A stretch of 64,000 bases of DNA from Entomortierella parvispora E1425 (GCA_020891255.1 BQFW01000006.1:868001-932000); one strand, 5' to 3'. Counted from the stretch's first letter, positions 1-16,090 are shown. Program-made: numbers and translations. The notes: generated by a model not told the origin, from the letters alone.

Positions 1-260
1 GGTTCTTCAGGAACATGAACATCTACGATCCGAAACGATGGTATGCCATCAGAGCGTGAGCGATTAGTCCAGGTATATAAAGGAGATAGGTTCACTGGGG
101 GACTTGTCAGTTCGCGCTCTCTTTTAACGACATCCCCTTCACTCACAACCCCACATGCACTATACCCTTGAAAGGGAAGCTTCCACTCTTTTGTTTCCTC
201 TTCTCTCTTAACGAACCCCCAAACTCACGACAACCCATCATAACATCCATTACTCCTATC

Positions 261-2029
261 ATGAAGATCTTTTTCGCTCTTGTAGCGCTGGCGTCGGTCG
301 CCTCTGTAGACAGTAAGAAATCAAGCAGATAACACGCCCAGCGTACTTCCATTCACCCGATGCCAATTCCCAACCTCCCAGTGGCTGATGTCGGAATTTT
401 TTGCTCTTTTTCTTTTTCCGTTGAAGTCAAATTCAACGTTGTCGGATACCCATCATCAAGCAGCGGCTCTTTCGGCGTAAAGATTGCGGAGACTGTTCAC
501 AAGTTGTCAACCAGCGAAAGTACTTTTCCTGTTTGGTCTGGCTCCGTTCCTGGTACCAAAAGCCAGGTTCAATACTCATATGTGGAGTTGTCCTCCTCCG
601 GAACCGCAGTCAAGAGTGAGTCTTTCACCAGTCAAGAGTGAGTCTTTCACTCGCGGCTTGGTTGATCCCACTAAAGATACTGAAATCTTGAATGAATTCT
701 TCGAACGTCCCCAAGCTGTCTGGGACCTTCCCAAGATTCCTTACACTTACTTGGCCACGTACCCCTCAAAGACCAAGGCGTTTAAGCACAAACAGATCGC
801 CACAATCCACATCACAGCCCCTCAAGCATCCATTGACGAGATGAACCAGAACCCTTACAACAGTCGCGATTACAGAGTTGATTTCCGCTTCATCAAATCA
901 AAGACGATCCACTGTGTGCGCAATATCACCATGAAGACTTCGGGCAAGTCCTTATCTGATGGTTGACGACATTGCCAAGTCGTTCTTTAAACAGACCGTG
1001 CACGGCGCAGATGGCAAGATCGAGCGGGGCTCTCTTGTGCAGATGAACGCTTGGAGCGGAGACAGAGCCGATCTTGAATACAAGGGCTCCACCTCATCCA
1101 GCTGTAATCAGGTGGTCTCTTATGTCAACAAGAACTTGGGCTCCAGCCCCGAATCCGACCCACTCATGGAATTGATCGGGTTCATGAAGGACTCCAATCC
1201 TTTGATCCTTACTCGACCCCCAGCCCTGTCCAATACTTCAACTCAAGTCGTATGGAACTCGACGGATTTTTGCGTAACATGGCATTGGAATACTTGGGAG
1301 GTGCTTTCGACAACTACTGGATCCCGGCCTCCAATTATTTCATGTACAAGAACCCAACCTTGGGACCTAACGGCGGAAAATGGTAATGGTTACCTACTAA
1401 TTTCGATGGCACCTTCGGAAACGGCGCCCCTACCTCCAAGTTGCCAGCCTACAAAAACAATTATGACTTCACCACCGGGGGTGACCCCCCCTGCCGTTCA
1501 CAGATTGATCATCAAGAACAAGGAGATCAATGTGCTCTTCGAGCAGATCCTGAAGGAGATTGTTAGCACTGCCTTCAAGACCGAAGCCCTCAAGCCCAGA
1601 ATCGAGATATACAACAAGATGCTTTCTCTGGATGCCGCCTGGGACATTGGTATTACGCGCAAGAGCCCGGGAACTAATAACGGGTTCACATTCAAGGACT
1701 TTAACGACAACTTGTACGACAACTTGTACACTCGTACCAAGGATATGACAACTGGATTGCTTCCTTGGATTGAGCAGATGTCAAACATTGTGACCGCAGA
1801 CTTGAACTTCCGGATCCCCGCCGGGTTGGAGGACAGAGATCCCCCACCACCTAGAGGAAAGGGTTCCCTCGACAATGACGACAGTGATGACGATGACAGT
1901 GAACTCTCAGAGGACAACGAGAAGGGCGGTTCTAAGGTCGAGACCAACGGAGCTGGCTCCACCAAGGGCATGCTCAGTCAAGGGATTTTGGTGGTAGCAA
2001 TGTTGTCGAGTGCAACCTTGATGGCTTAA
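261..2029 (+). pseudogene. cotH: CotH-family secreted kinase (spore coat protein H-like, predicted GPI-type tail), multiply disabled
   Basis: ATG 261 gives a signal peptide (MKIFFALVALASVASVD); intron 313-426 joins to IKFNVVGYP. CotH motifs YLMVDD, GFLRNMALEYLGGAFDNYW and FDGTFG are readable only by switching frames. Lesions: exact 22-nt tandem duplication 607-628/629-650, a deletion at ~950 (KTSGKS joined to YLMVDD), a frameshift at ~1192, in-frame TAA at 1384-1386, and a frameshift at ~1485-1500. Hydrophobic C-terminal tail. Confidence 0.85.
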
Positions 2030-2383
2030 GCCGTCCTACATGATGAAGCCCTATTCCCATTGCACTCCTCCTTTCATACTTTTCCACTTGCAACACCACA
2101 ACATCCCTGCATGCACAAGTTCACGGCAACAAAACAAAACGCCCAGCGGCCCAAGCGCCCAAGCGCCACCAATAATTTCAAGTGCCCCTTAAAACTGTTC
2201 CCACCGTTCTTTTTTGTCAAAAAGCATGTGGACAAATGACCTCTTCCACTGCACATTCGACACACGACCGGTCAGACGCGACATCAGTAAGAAGACCTCA
2301 GCCCTGCACGATTGCAGCATCAGCAGACCTTAACACAGGCTTTCGAGAACTGCGCATACCCTCGAAATCACTTCATCGTAATC

Positions 2384-5313
2384 ATGGAGCCATCACAACC
2401 CCCTCGGCTTCTGGGCCAGCGGAAACGGAGCTATTCGACTACAGCGTATTCTTCTCAAGAAGAAGAGGCTGCATTGGGTCATACAAACATGAAAGCCGGT
2501 GTCTCTTCCTCCTCAATTGGAAATGGTTTCAGTAGTAGTAATGCACAGCCGACATGTCTCCTCGCAGCAGCAGTCGGTCCTCATGTCATTAGCTATGAAT
2601 TCATAAACACAGGCTCCGTTTTACCCACGGCGGCGCCTGCAGGAGCGAAACAGCAGCCGCCAATTGCAGTGCCTGGCCAGTATGAGGGAATACAAATGTC
2701 AAACGAGCTTACAGGATACACTACCGCCAGTCTAAAGTGGAGTCCCGACAGTAAGCTGTTCTTTTATGTCACTTGTGGTTTGTTCAGTGTTAGCAAGGAA
2801 TAGTCCGTCTCCCTCAAACTGACTATCTCCAACATTTGTGCTTCATCAACAGACTCAATATTGGCGATTGAAACGCTGGATGGGAGGACATTATTGCATG
2901 ACAACAGAGGACGGTTCAAGGAATCTCTCATTACCGAGGCTGCTACAACGGTAGTGTGCAGGGTCTGGGAACCTGCTAGAGCATTGTTATTTCCAGTGAA
3001 TGTATAGCTCACGCATATCAATTTTGCTGATTAGGCCTCTCGGGCAGGAATTCATCGATGCGCTATGTCATGGGCGCCGAAGCCTATGCGGCTATACTTT
3101 GCTAATGGACCAAAAGTTTTGACTTGGGACTCTACTCTCAAGAGGGTCTCGGAAACATTCGAGGTATGGTGCAAGGTTGTTTAAAACATTTGGTTTCTCA
3201 CGAATAATCGCGACTGGAAATAGCTGGAAGAGCCTCATTAACAAATTGACCCCTGTGCTTACTTAGACTGGCTCAAGGATCTGCTCACTCGCCATCAATA
3301 CCGACGATATCTTACTTGCCGTTGGCCAAAACACAGGAAGCTTGGACGTTGTCAACAGATCAACGGGTATCAGTCAGAAAATGGACAAGCCCAATACATT
3401 GGTAACGACCAGAGGACCCCTGCTATTGGTTGCACATCCGATCTCAACATGTATTAACGATTGACCATATCCTGGAAATTTAGGTGATGGCAAAGCTTGA
3501 GTACTCCGCATTCAACAAGTCAATACTTGGAGGCGTTGGAAATGACGGCGTACTGCGGCTATGGGACTCGGGATCATCAGGAACATCATCAATATACCAT
3601 AGCTTCAACACGACTCACGAGGGTTCCATCAGCGGGATGGCATTCAGTCCATTTAACCGATACCTCATTTGCACCACTGGAATGGACAAGTCCTACGCAC
3701 TGTATGACGTAGAAAAGAAGAATGTGGTCAAGACGACAGTAACCGACTACTCACTTACGTCTGTCTCGTTCAAAAATGACGGTATTTCCATGGCTTTTGG
3801 AACGGCAGAAGGCAAGGTACTCCTTTACGATTTGAGATCAGCCAGCAAGCCCATTACTATTGTGGATACAAAGATCAAAAGCCCTGTTTCCGCAATTCAT
3901 TTCCAAGGAAAGCATGCTTCTACAGGCATGAGGAGACATCAGACCATCAATGGACATGCTCTTAAACGACAAAATTCCGAAGGGTCGAAGCCATCGATTC
4001 TCTCAAAAGAATCCCCACTCATCTCGCAGAGTCAACCAGCCATGTCGACACCTCTCAGTATATTGTCAACAGCAGGGACGACGGGCACAGAGGAACAGTC
4101 AAAATATACGAAGCCAACATTTACTCGACCAGGACCCATCAAAACATCCACCAATATGCCAGCTTCATCCAGCCATCCAGCCTTGAGTCGACTTTCAGCA
4201 AATAGTGCCAAGCCGACTCGGGAAATCCAGTCTGCAGGAGTTTCAGGCAGGGGCTTCTCGGAGTTTTTTTCCGTGTCGAAAAAGCCAGCTATTTCAGTTG
4301 ATTCGGATAGGGCACCATTGCGACCAAGGAGGCCAACAGCCCCTTCATCTACTGTGGCTCCAGAAATAGCGGCAGCGCCATCAGCAAATACAGTACCAGC
4401 AGTTACAACCCGCACGCATGGATCGGTGCCCACCACGCCCAAGCGGGAAGGATCTGGGACGCAAACCGGCGGCAGCTACCCCAACTCTAGAACAGTCTCA
4501 CCATTCTCCTTTCAGGTCATGCAATCCCGGTCGCCCTCTGGAGAAAGTTCTTCCTCATCCTCGTCTGTAAATACCCCGCCTGGCTCGCCAGGTCATGCAG
4601 CTGCGCAGTCGAGCCAAGGCGAGAGCCATCGAAGCCACCACCACTATCAGTACCCTTCAGCCAGCTCACTCTCTAGAGCGTCACCATCACAATCATCGCG
4701 GGCCAAGCGGAGAAAGTCGCTGGGAACGTTGTTGGCTTCAGGAGGGGCTGTTTCACCGGCGCCTACTGTACTGGACCCTATGGCAGACGAAAAGATGGAG
4801 ATTCTGAAGGGACAGATTGTGGAAAAAGTAAGGGATGTGTTCTTGGATCATGAGTCGCTGCAGGGTTCAAAAAAGCATGGATCAGAGCCACCACACACGT
4901 CCCTGTCTGCGCAGTCCATCAGAGCGCCCCCTGTAAAGGACCTTTGGATGCGAATAGGATTGGAGAACCCAGGGGAACATGATTCCGCTACTACTTCAAG
5001 ATCAAAATCCAAACCAGATACACTAGGGCAGTCTGTCTTACCTGCAACATCGTCTTCCTTGGACGTGGTGCCACCACCTACTTCGTCCTTCTCGTCCAAG
5101 ATTTTAGAAGGAGTAATCGAAGGCTGCCTTATGGACTTTCGAGCAGGGATCCGAAGCGACATTCAGAACATGCACCTGGAGTTGCTTCGACAGTTTCAAA
5201 TCCAAAAGATGGAGATTGAGGGTTTGCTGAAGGAGTATACAGACTTGAAGGATGTACGGGAAGAGAATGAGCGACTGATAGAGGAGAATCGAAGACTACG
5301 CCTAAATTATTGA
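2384..5313 (+). CDS. NEDD1: NEDD1/GCP-WD-like WD40 protein (gamma-tubulin ring complex targeting factor), multi-exon
   Basis: ATG 2384, then GT-AG spliced exons into ORF 3484-5313. N-terminal WD40 repeats, Ser/Pro-rich linker, and C-terminal coiled coil DIQNMHLELLRQFQIQ...ENRRLRLNY typical of NEDD1. Confidence 0.8.
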
Positions 5314-5785
5314 GTCCTCTAGGGGCGAGATGCTGGTAACGGCGCGACTCTAATGAGAAAAAGCGCGCGGCAAAACTCTTTGGCTGAGCCACACCCAAAT
5401 AAAGGTCCACCGAGTCACTTCCCAAAAAAAAGATTGATTGATTGCATGTTGACATGTGTGTTCTGCTGCGCTTTCTGTGGGATGCTTCATAGAAATGTCC
5501 GTCTTTGTCTAATTGTGTTACTGGACAGATGTGCACAGATCGCTTGGTTCCACCGAGTTGCAACAACGAAAAAAAAAAAAAAAAAAGGAAGGTGGCCAGA
5601 AACGAGGGTCCGCTTCGGACAATGAATATTTTCCTTTCTGATCAGACATGAAAGCGGCCGTTTGTCGTATGCTTTAAAAGCATTCTTTTTCTTTTTCTTT
5701 TTTACATCTCTTTCATTCCTTTCATTCGTTCATTACCTGCCACCCCTCTTTCTCCCCGGTCCCCGACCATTTTCTTCTCTCCACA

Positions 5786-7125
5786 ATGGTGTCCGCCGCC
5801 TTCGATGGATTCCTTGCTCGAATGAAGGGTCAACGCTACGACCCCTCAAAGCTTAAGCAGACTCCACAGCCACCGTCCCGCATTGCAGTCCTACTCTCGT
5901 CCTTCATTGGTTCCTTTGTTGGAATCGCCATTGTCGCATCCTTAAGTTACAATGCCCAATGGTTCGTCGAGAGGAATACACCTGTCATAGCTGGCTCCTT
6001 CGGCGCCTCGGCCGTCCTGATTTACGGAGCAATCGAGGCCCCTCTTTCGCAACCTCGAAACGTTAGTAAGTCTATCCTTTTTTTTTGTGTTGTACCCTAA
6101 AATCTCTTATATGAGCATTGTGCAAAGATCTCGCAAATATTGACCATATGTTTGCTCATACATCTTGTGCCTCTCTCTTTTCTCTTCCTCCTTCTCTCTC
6201 ACCTATTCTTTTAGTTGGCGGACACATCATGTCCTCATTGATTGGTGTCAGTCTTTACAAGTTGTTCAACTTACTTTCGGATGAGATGTTTGTTAAGCTG
6301 CACTGGCTTCTCTGCTCTTTGGCAGTATCCATCTCGCTCTTCTTGATGCAATTGACCCACACCGTTCACCCACCTGCCTCGGCCTCGGCCTTAATTGCGG
6401 TGACAGGGGGATCAGCAATCTATGATCTGGGATACTGGTATGTGCTCTGCCCAATTGCCTTGGGTGTTGCTTTGATGATGACCGTCGCCATGTTGGTGAA
6501 CAATGTCGCAAGACGGTACCCGACCCACTGGTGGAAGCCCAAAGACCGCAAGATCACAGTCGTGGATCAGGACATGTCGACAGCTTTGGCTGATTTCACC
6601 AGCCCAGAGGACGAAGAGGAGGACAATTGTACGAATGTGGGAGATGAGCAGCAAAAACCTGAAGAGATGGGCACGGCTGCGGAGGATGCACAGCCGGTGG
6701 ATGGAGTGAGTCACTCGAAGGAGGAAATCCTCGTCAATCCATCTATTGAGCATTTTCAGCAACAGCAACAGGTCCAGTCGCCCCACTCGTCAAGCCATTC
6801 TCACGCACAGCATCTTCATCCACATCAACATCATGGACAGCTTGCAGTGTACTATGGAGGCGATAGAAACGAGGCCTTGAGGGAGGGTGAGAGGCTGCAG
6901 CAAAGTCCTCGCGCAAGAGCTCAAGCATCCCCGGATCTGGAGCACGGACATGGCCCATACAGCCCACGACCCACCTCGATCGTTATGGAAGTCCGTGGAT
7001 CGCCCCATCCTTCTCACCCTTCCGTATCTCTATCTGCTGTGGCGGAGGAAGAGTACCGAGCAACCATTGAACAGCTTCGTCTACGCATCCGTGAGCTCGA
7101 AAGCCAGATTCCCGCCTCCAATTAG
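5786..7125 (+). CDS. HPP family integral membrane protein, 2 exons (5786-6065, 6215-7125)
   Basis: GSFGASAVLIYG...SQPRNVIGGH across the intron and the THTVHPPASA signature; low-complexity cytosolic tail. Confidence 0.9.
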
Positions 7126-7360
7126 AGCCATGTGCCTGGCATTTACACACTCTCATATACCTACACTCTACTCCATAATAAAAAGATATATACAAAAAAA
7201 AAAAGATGTGCTGTTGGCCACCCTTTGTTACATCGCTATACCCTTAAGTCATTTTATCTTGAACTTTTTGAGTGGTAATTGACCTTTTCTCCATCATTTA
7301 CACATACTCAAACGGCACCGAGGGCTCCATTTGCTGACAGGAAACACGACCTTAGATACA

Positions 7361-8859
7361 ATGATGGCCAGCAGGATCCCCGCCAGCTCACATACGTTGG
7401 TTTCAAACTCCAAGCTAATTTCCGGAGCACACTGCCATGTTGCTCATTGTAAGGAAACATTCATTTTCTTCACTGAATCGGCATGAGGACAATGGACCAG
7501 GGTATCATGTGGACGTTTAGACTTGACTGTTCTTTGAAAGAACAACAAACATGGAAGACAGCATGAGTTTCAGTGGACCCCATGTTTCCTTTGCAGGGAT
7601 GCTTTTGCTGATTGCATGAAGGCGCTATGGTGGTCATCGCGCTAATGCTATTTCCGACTTTTCCTTTTTTGTCTCAGGTACACGCGCAAGGGCAGCTTCG
7701 AGCCGTGTTTACTCCACCACCACCACCACTACACATATTTACTCCTCTCCGATGGCGCCACGCTCCAAACACCCACAGATTTCGTCGCGATCATCCGTGT
7801 TACCGTTTGCAGGACCGACATCGTCCTCGATGCTTTCGCTTAGCCGACCCCACTTTCTGTTTACAAAGAATCAGTCGATGACGGGTCTGGAGGATGCTCT
7901 TTGTCAAAGTCAGATCCGGCCTTTCTCAGTCTCGGGAAGTCAGTTGGATGCAGATGGGGGAAGTGGACATCACTTTGATACCCATCGTTTCGTGGAGAAG
8001 TTGGAGCGCGACGGATTCTCGCGACAACAGTCAGAGGCGATTATGAATGCTCTGGACGAGGTCGTTACGGAGAGGTAAAGAGAGATCCAGGTTGTCTCAT
8101 TATGAGGTCGGGATTGGACGACAAAAGTGGTTCTTGTTCCACTATGGGGTGAAGGAGAATGAGACTGAAAAATAACCAGTTTTTCTCGCTCTCTGATCAC
8201 TTTTTCTCTATTGCTCATTAGCATGGAGAACCTGACCAAGAACATGGTCACGAAAGCCGATCAGGATAAGGTAAGGAAGCTTTATTCATCCTAATCTGAA
8301 AGCACCGGACGCGTTTGCGTATATATTGAACTGTCAGTTGATCATTTATTCCTTTTCTAGACCGTTTACACGTACAAGGTCGATTTCGCCGCACTCAAGT
8401 CCGAGTTGCAGATGCTCGAGAAGAACGATTTTTCACTCACCAATACCAACAATGAACGCCTGGTGTCTGAAATTGAAAAATTGCGTCAACGTCTTCGGGA
8501 GGAGGTGGCAAGGACCCAAGCAGGAGTTCGATTGGACCTGAACTTGGAAAAGGGTCGTATCCGCGATGAAGCCGCGACCCAGGAATTGAAGGTGAGGGCG
8601 ACCGAGGAGAGAATCGAGCAGGAAATCGCGGCATTGAGGACACAGATGGAGACAATCAAGTTGCAGACGTTACAATATATGATCGGAACTATTACCGGTG
8701 CTGGAGCGTTGATTCTGGGTAAGGAATATTCGTCTTTTCTGTCGCGGGAAGAAGTACGAGTGTACTTTGCATGTGAAGTAGCCAAACACTATACTGATCA
8801 ATGTTCTCCCTCCTTGTTGTATTGTCATCTTCACAGCATACCTGCGCATGTTCAAGTAG
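7361..8859 (+). CDS. DUF1640 / CCDC90-MCUR1-Fmp32-like mitochondrial coiled-coil protein, multi-exon
   Basis: HHFDTHRFVEKLERDGFS, KVDFAALKSE and LDLNLEKGRIRDE motifs plus C-terminal TM ending ILAYLRMFK* after splicing. Start 7361 is inferred from frame and splice compatibility (less certain). Confidence 0.85.
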
Positions 8860-9148
8860 AGGATCGATGGCTGTATACATAGAGTCTACGACTCCACTCA
8901 GAAAATAAAAATAAATAATAAAAAAAAGTGTCTGCAGTATCTATGTACCCCAGGGGTTATCTGACATCACCTTTCGCGTCGGCGTTTTCCCATGCGACTC
9001 TGGAGGTGGCGTTCGAGACAGCAAACGTGCTTCAACACAGCAAACGTACATACCACTTTCGCCTTGTAACATGAAATTGGTGGCGTAAATGGACACGTCA
9101 CCGGACCTACTCCAAGCGGAGATTATCGCACATGCTGCAGGAGTGTTA

Positions 9149-9160
9149 TGAAATTTTTTT
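9149..9160 (+). promoter_or_regulatory. RRPE-like element (TGAAATTTT) upstream of PAB1
   Basis: tgaaattttttt about 300 nt before the PAB1 ATG; resembles the yeast RRPE motif but is short and could be chance. Confidence 0.25.
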
Positions 9161-9310
9161 TTTTCCTTCCAGCTCAGGTGCACCGTCTCAGATATTTTGC
9201 AGCGTGGTGCAAAGATGCGATTCTCCTCTCTTTCTTCCCTCCATCCACAAAAAAAATCCTTTTTTTTTTTAATCCCTTCTTTTTCGATTCGCCATTGCCC
9301 AGCGCATCCT

Positions 9311-12112
<2,802 letters not shown>

Positions 12113-12663
12113 AGGAAATCAATCGGCTTTGGAAACGATTAATTTTTTTGGAGGGGAAGTCCGAGGATGAGAAGAAAAAATGGAACAGGAGAAACTCAAG
12201 GCAAGGAGGAAGAGTAAGGCAATGATGTTCAGGAACGAGACCAAGGAACGGGATGAAAGAAAAAAAAAAGTCTGGATGTTTAAGGGAAGAGGCAGGAGGT
12301 GTTTTCATATGGAAACCCGCGTGCCTGTTTTCTATTATTTCTTTTGTTTTTTTATTTTGAAGTTCTTTTTATCTTTTTTGTGCATTGTTTTCTCTCTTTC
12401 TTTCTTCCTTACCTTCTCTTGTTTCTTTTTTGTTGACGAACATCGTAAGCAAAACAAAAGGAAAAAAGATTAGGAAATTCCGAATGATTTATTATTCTCA
12501 TTATTGAACCATCAAAAAATAAATTTTTACGCCTGGGCAAAGGTTTCTCGAAAGAGAGAAAAAAAAATCATCGTTTCCTCACTCTTGGAATTTGATCCGC
12601 TTTCTAAAGATGAATACCACCCATGGGAAAGGGAGTTTTCTACGTTTTGTAGAGTGATCTGCA

Positions 12664-14496
12664 TTAGACGTCAAAATTTTCGTAAATGTTGCCAAACTTG
12701 CAGAAGCGAGCATAGGCGTCTGTGCCATAGCCATGCATCGTGTACACCTTGAGATCTCCTCCCCAGTATTCTGCATAGACGCGACTCATGGGCAGTCCAA
12801 TTCCGAGATGCATCGACTGATCGTGTTGTCGCTCTGCAGCCTCTCTCGTTTCTCTATCGAGATGACCCCGTTTCTTGGAAGGTCCCCCAGTCTTTCCAGT
12901 ATCGATCACTGTACGGGGCGAAGAGGAGGAGGAGGATGAAGAAGAAGATTGTCCAGGTGGGGTCGAGTTGGATGATGTCGTCGGTCTAGATTCGGATGAA
13001 GCTGTCGAGGCCATTGTGCTCAAGGCGAGGTCCCGCATTCGATCCTCAGCATGGCGATCCAGACGTAGATGTGCCTCATCATCACTGCCGACGATGGGTT
13101 TATGGTTAGGAGGTGGTGGTGGCAGCAACTCGTCTTCCATAATGGCCTCCCCAACCTTGATGCCGCCGGTTGCTGTGCCTCCTACTCCTGCTAAAATCGG
13201 TTCATTCTCTGCCGCGTTGATAGATCGACTGGGCGAAACCATTTGTTCCTGGACCGTGGCCGCCATCTTTGAGATCTTTTCGAAATTCGCGAACCGGGCC
13301 GTGATGGGCGACTGAGAGTAGGACCATAAGTGGGATTCCACCTCGGGTGGGATCCCACCTCCTCGATCTGAAACTCTGAAGGTGATGTCCTCCTTGCCCT
13401 CACAGACCGTGATCTGGATCGGTGGAAGCTCGCCCGTAATAGGATCCACTTTTCCGTTCAGCATCACGAACCGCATCGAGTTCTTCAACAGCTCGTACAA
13501 GATGTACTCGATGTGATCTGGAATGTACGCAAATTCAGCATCGATGCTCCCGTCCAAGATCACTTTTGGCGGTTCCTTGACCAATGACTCTCCTTCGACG
13601 CCTGGTCCAGTCGTGGAATCTGCTGCCTGACAAGAGTGTATAAAGTCCTGTTGTTGCCTCCGACATGTCTCTGCAGCCAAATGGGCTGTCCGCTCCACAA
13701 TCTCTCTTGGATTGCAGTGTGTGTAAATGATGCCGATGTAGCCCCGATCGGTCATCATATGGTTTGGACTGTTGAAGTTGGCGGTCAAGGAAATGTGCTG
13801 TTCAGCCAGGACTCTGCGTGAGATGCGGGATCGTAGCATCTTGTTCATGAACTGATCCACGACTGCCCTCTCTATATGTTTGGAGCTCTCCATGATGCCC
13901 AGCGCCAACTGCGGGATCACCACCAGATGATCGTTCAACAGTCCCTTGACCAGCCCACAAAACTTGTCGTTGGCTTCCAGTGTCTTGATCTCAGGGACCT
14001 GTCGTAACCGGTCAAAGGCCTGCCAGTACAAATCATACACTTGTTCGATGTGGGGGTTCGTGCCCACAATAAAAGGCAGGTTTTGGAAATCCCGAATCCG
14101 ATGCGCGAGTCGAACGGGGAGCTCTGTGCGGACGTAATTGGCGGATTTGAGAAGCTTTTCCTCCTGCATGTTTCGACCAAAAAAGACCAGTTGACGCAGC
14201 GTGATCGGGGTCACGGTCTGGTTCACATAGGGGTCCAGGATCCGGTTCTGATAAAAGTGAGGCTTGGGTGGAGTGTAGTGCCGAATCTGTTCGTGTTGTG
14301 GTCGGTGTGCTTGTTGCTGCGGGGGTTGTTTTTGTTTTTGGAGTGGACTGGATCGAAGGGGTGTGACAGAGGCTGGGACGAGGATCCTGGATCGGGAGGT
14401 CGCGACCGTAGTTAGAGTGCGACGGGCTGTCCTTGACAACCGAGTCGAGGGACAAGTCCTGTTGAAGTTGTTTAGTAGCAGGTGCGTCGAGGCCAT
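12664..14496 (-). CDS. Mitochondrial alpha-ketoacid dehydrogenase kinase (PDK/BCKDK family), single exon, 610 aa
   Basis: ATG at 14496 (MASTHLL...) with presequence-like N-terminus; ELPVRLAHRI, ELLKNSMR, RVSDRGGG and LGIGLPMSRVYAEYWGG GHKL motifs. Confidence 0.92.
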   Translation of the reverse strand: MASTHLLLNNFNRTCPSTRLSRTARRTLTTVATSRSRILVPASVTPLRSSPLQKQKQPPQQQAHRPQHEQIRHYTPPKPHFYQNRILDPYVNQTVTPITLRQLVFFGRNMQEEKLLKSANYVRTELPVRLAHRIRDFQNLPFIVGTNPHIEQVYDLYWQAFDRLRQVPEIKTLEANDKFCGLVKGLLNDHLVVIPQLALGIMESSKHIERAVVDQFMNKMLRSRISRRVLAEQHISLTANFNSPNHMMTDRGYIGIIYTHCNPREIVERTAHLAAETCRRQQQDFIHSCQAADSTTGPGVEGESLVKEPPKVILDGSIDAEFAYIPDHIEYILYELLKNSMRFVMLNGKVDPITGELPPIQITVCEGKEDITFRVSDRGGGIPPEVESHLWSYSQSPITARFANFEKISKMAATVQEQMVSPSRSINAAENEPILAGVGGTATGGIKVGEAIMEDELLPPPPPNHKPIVGSDDEAHLRLDRHAEDRMRDLALSTMASTASSESRPTTSSNSTPPGQSSSSSSSSSSPRTVIDTGKTGGPSKKRGHLDRETREAAERQHDQSMHLGIGLPMSRVYAEYWGGDLKVYTMHGYGTDAYARFCKFGNIYENFDV

Positions 14497-16090
14497 GGTG
14501 GTTGGATTGTGGTCGTGCTGTGATGCGGTTCCGTGTCCATGAAATGATTCCTGCAAACGAGAGATGGAGGTGAAATGGGAAGAAGGAAGAAATGAAGAGA
14601 AGGAAGGAAAAGAAAAAATGGAGGAAGGGAAAGAGGGAAGGGGATCAGAATGGATGGAGACGAGACAAAACAGTTCGAGAGGAAAGAACAGAGGAGAGAA
14701 TAAGGAAGGAAGGGTATGGGAACAGAATGTTGCAGGGCAGAGACAGAGTTGAAGGAGAGAGAGAAGAAAGAGACAAGACAAAGGGGATCAGGAGGGTGTG
14801 CAGGTGCGCCAGAAGGACGCGATACGAAGACGGAGCGACACACGTCAAATCAAGCAACACGACACGAAAAGAGAAAGGGCACCGGTGTAATTTAGTCCAT
14901 CCCAGGGCAGGGCAGCACAAAGGTGATGATGACATGCCGCGTTTTCCGGTTTCCTAGGCTGAAGAGCAGCGAGAGAACCTTGCTGGAATGAATGGCTCCA
15001 TTGCGTAGACGAGCAGACCATAGTTCGTTGGCACCTGATTGTTTGCCCTCTGTTGCTGCTGTTGCTGTTGTTGCTCGTTAGTCCATCTTCCTTCCTCCGA
15101 ATTGCTCCCTTGTTGGTCTACAACGGTAGACACCCTTGTCTGTCAACAGTGTCGCCTCTCCTACACACGAAAGTCTCCGTAACCTTTGCTCTCTGTTCGA
15201 GAAAATGAATTACACCCTGCAAAGAATCAAAAGAGCAGGTGGAGCAAAAAAGAGTCATATTCTCCCCACAACCCCACAACGGACGCGTCCTTCCTTCTCT
15301 AGAAATGAGAAGTATCCAGCCCCACATACAGCCAACTTCACACGGAATGCTGTTCCCACACACCCACAGTTCAGTCAGTCAAACTACGCGCCTTAAACTT
15401 TGTCCCCTTCTTCCCCCACAGAAAACGAATAAGAGTCAGAGATCTTTCTGTGGACGCTCACATTGTCCACCCAAACTGAATACTGTATGAGGGAACATAA
15501 ACAGGTTGACTCGATCGAGAAAACGATAATAACATCAGGGTCGATGGTGGAGAGAGTTTTCAAGTCAGGAGGACAAAAGCTGAACAAGAATAGGAACAAG
15601 AACAGACACAGAGCAACCTGAATCCAGCAGAGCAAGAATCCCGGCCCGAGTCCAGTCAACGGGAAATAGACGAGCGGATACACCGAAAGAAGGCAAAAGA
15701 CTCGACAGCAGAAACCGCGCAGCTGCATGGATGGCGGTGGGGCCAAGGAAGGAAGAACGAGAAGAGAGAAAGAGAAAGAGAGACATCCGCCCAGGGCGGA
15801 GAACCGACTCTTGCAGCAATATGTCTGCAGGTGAGTCTCTGTGCCTGTCTTTGTCAGTGTTGTCAGTCATTCAGTCAGTTCGTCTCTCTCTCTCTCGCTC
15901 TCTCTCTCTCTCTGACCCCCTTTCTTTTTTTCTTTCTTTCTTTCTTTCTTTTTGTCCCTCTTTCTTTCTTTTTTCTCTTCTCTCATTCGTTCCTTTGCTT
16001 CTTCTTGTCTTCTCATTCACTCTCATTCTTCCTCATTCTCAACTCTTGACCTCTCTTTTCTACCCTTCTACCCCCATATACACAACAAAC

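Noticed and set aside
384-426. Apparent 12-aa insertion (GIFCSFSFSVEV) in CotH
   Set aside because: It is the 3' part of intron 313-426; splicing gives a normal DIKFNVVGYP.
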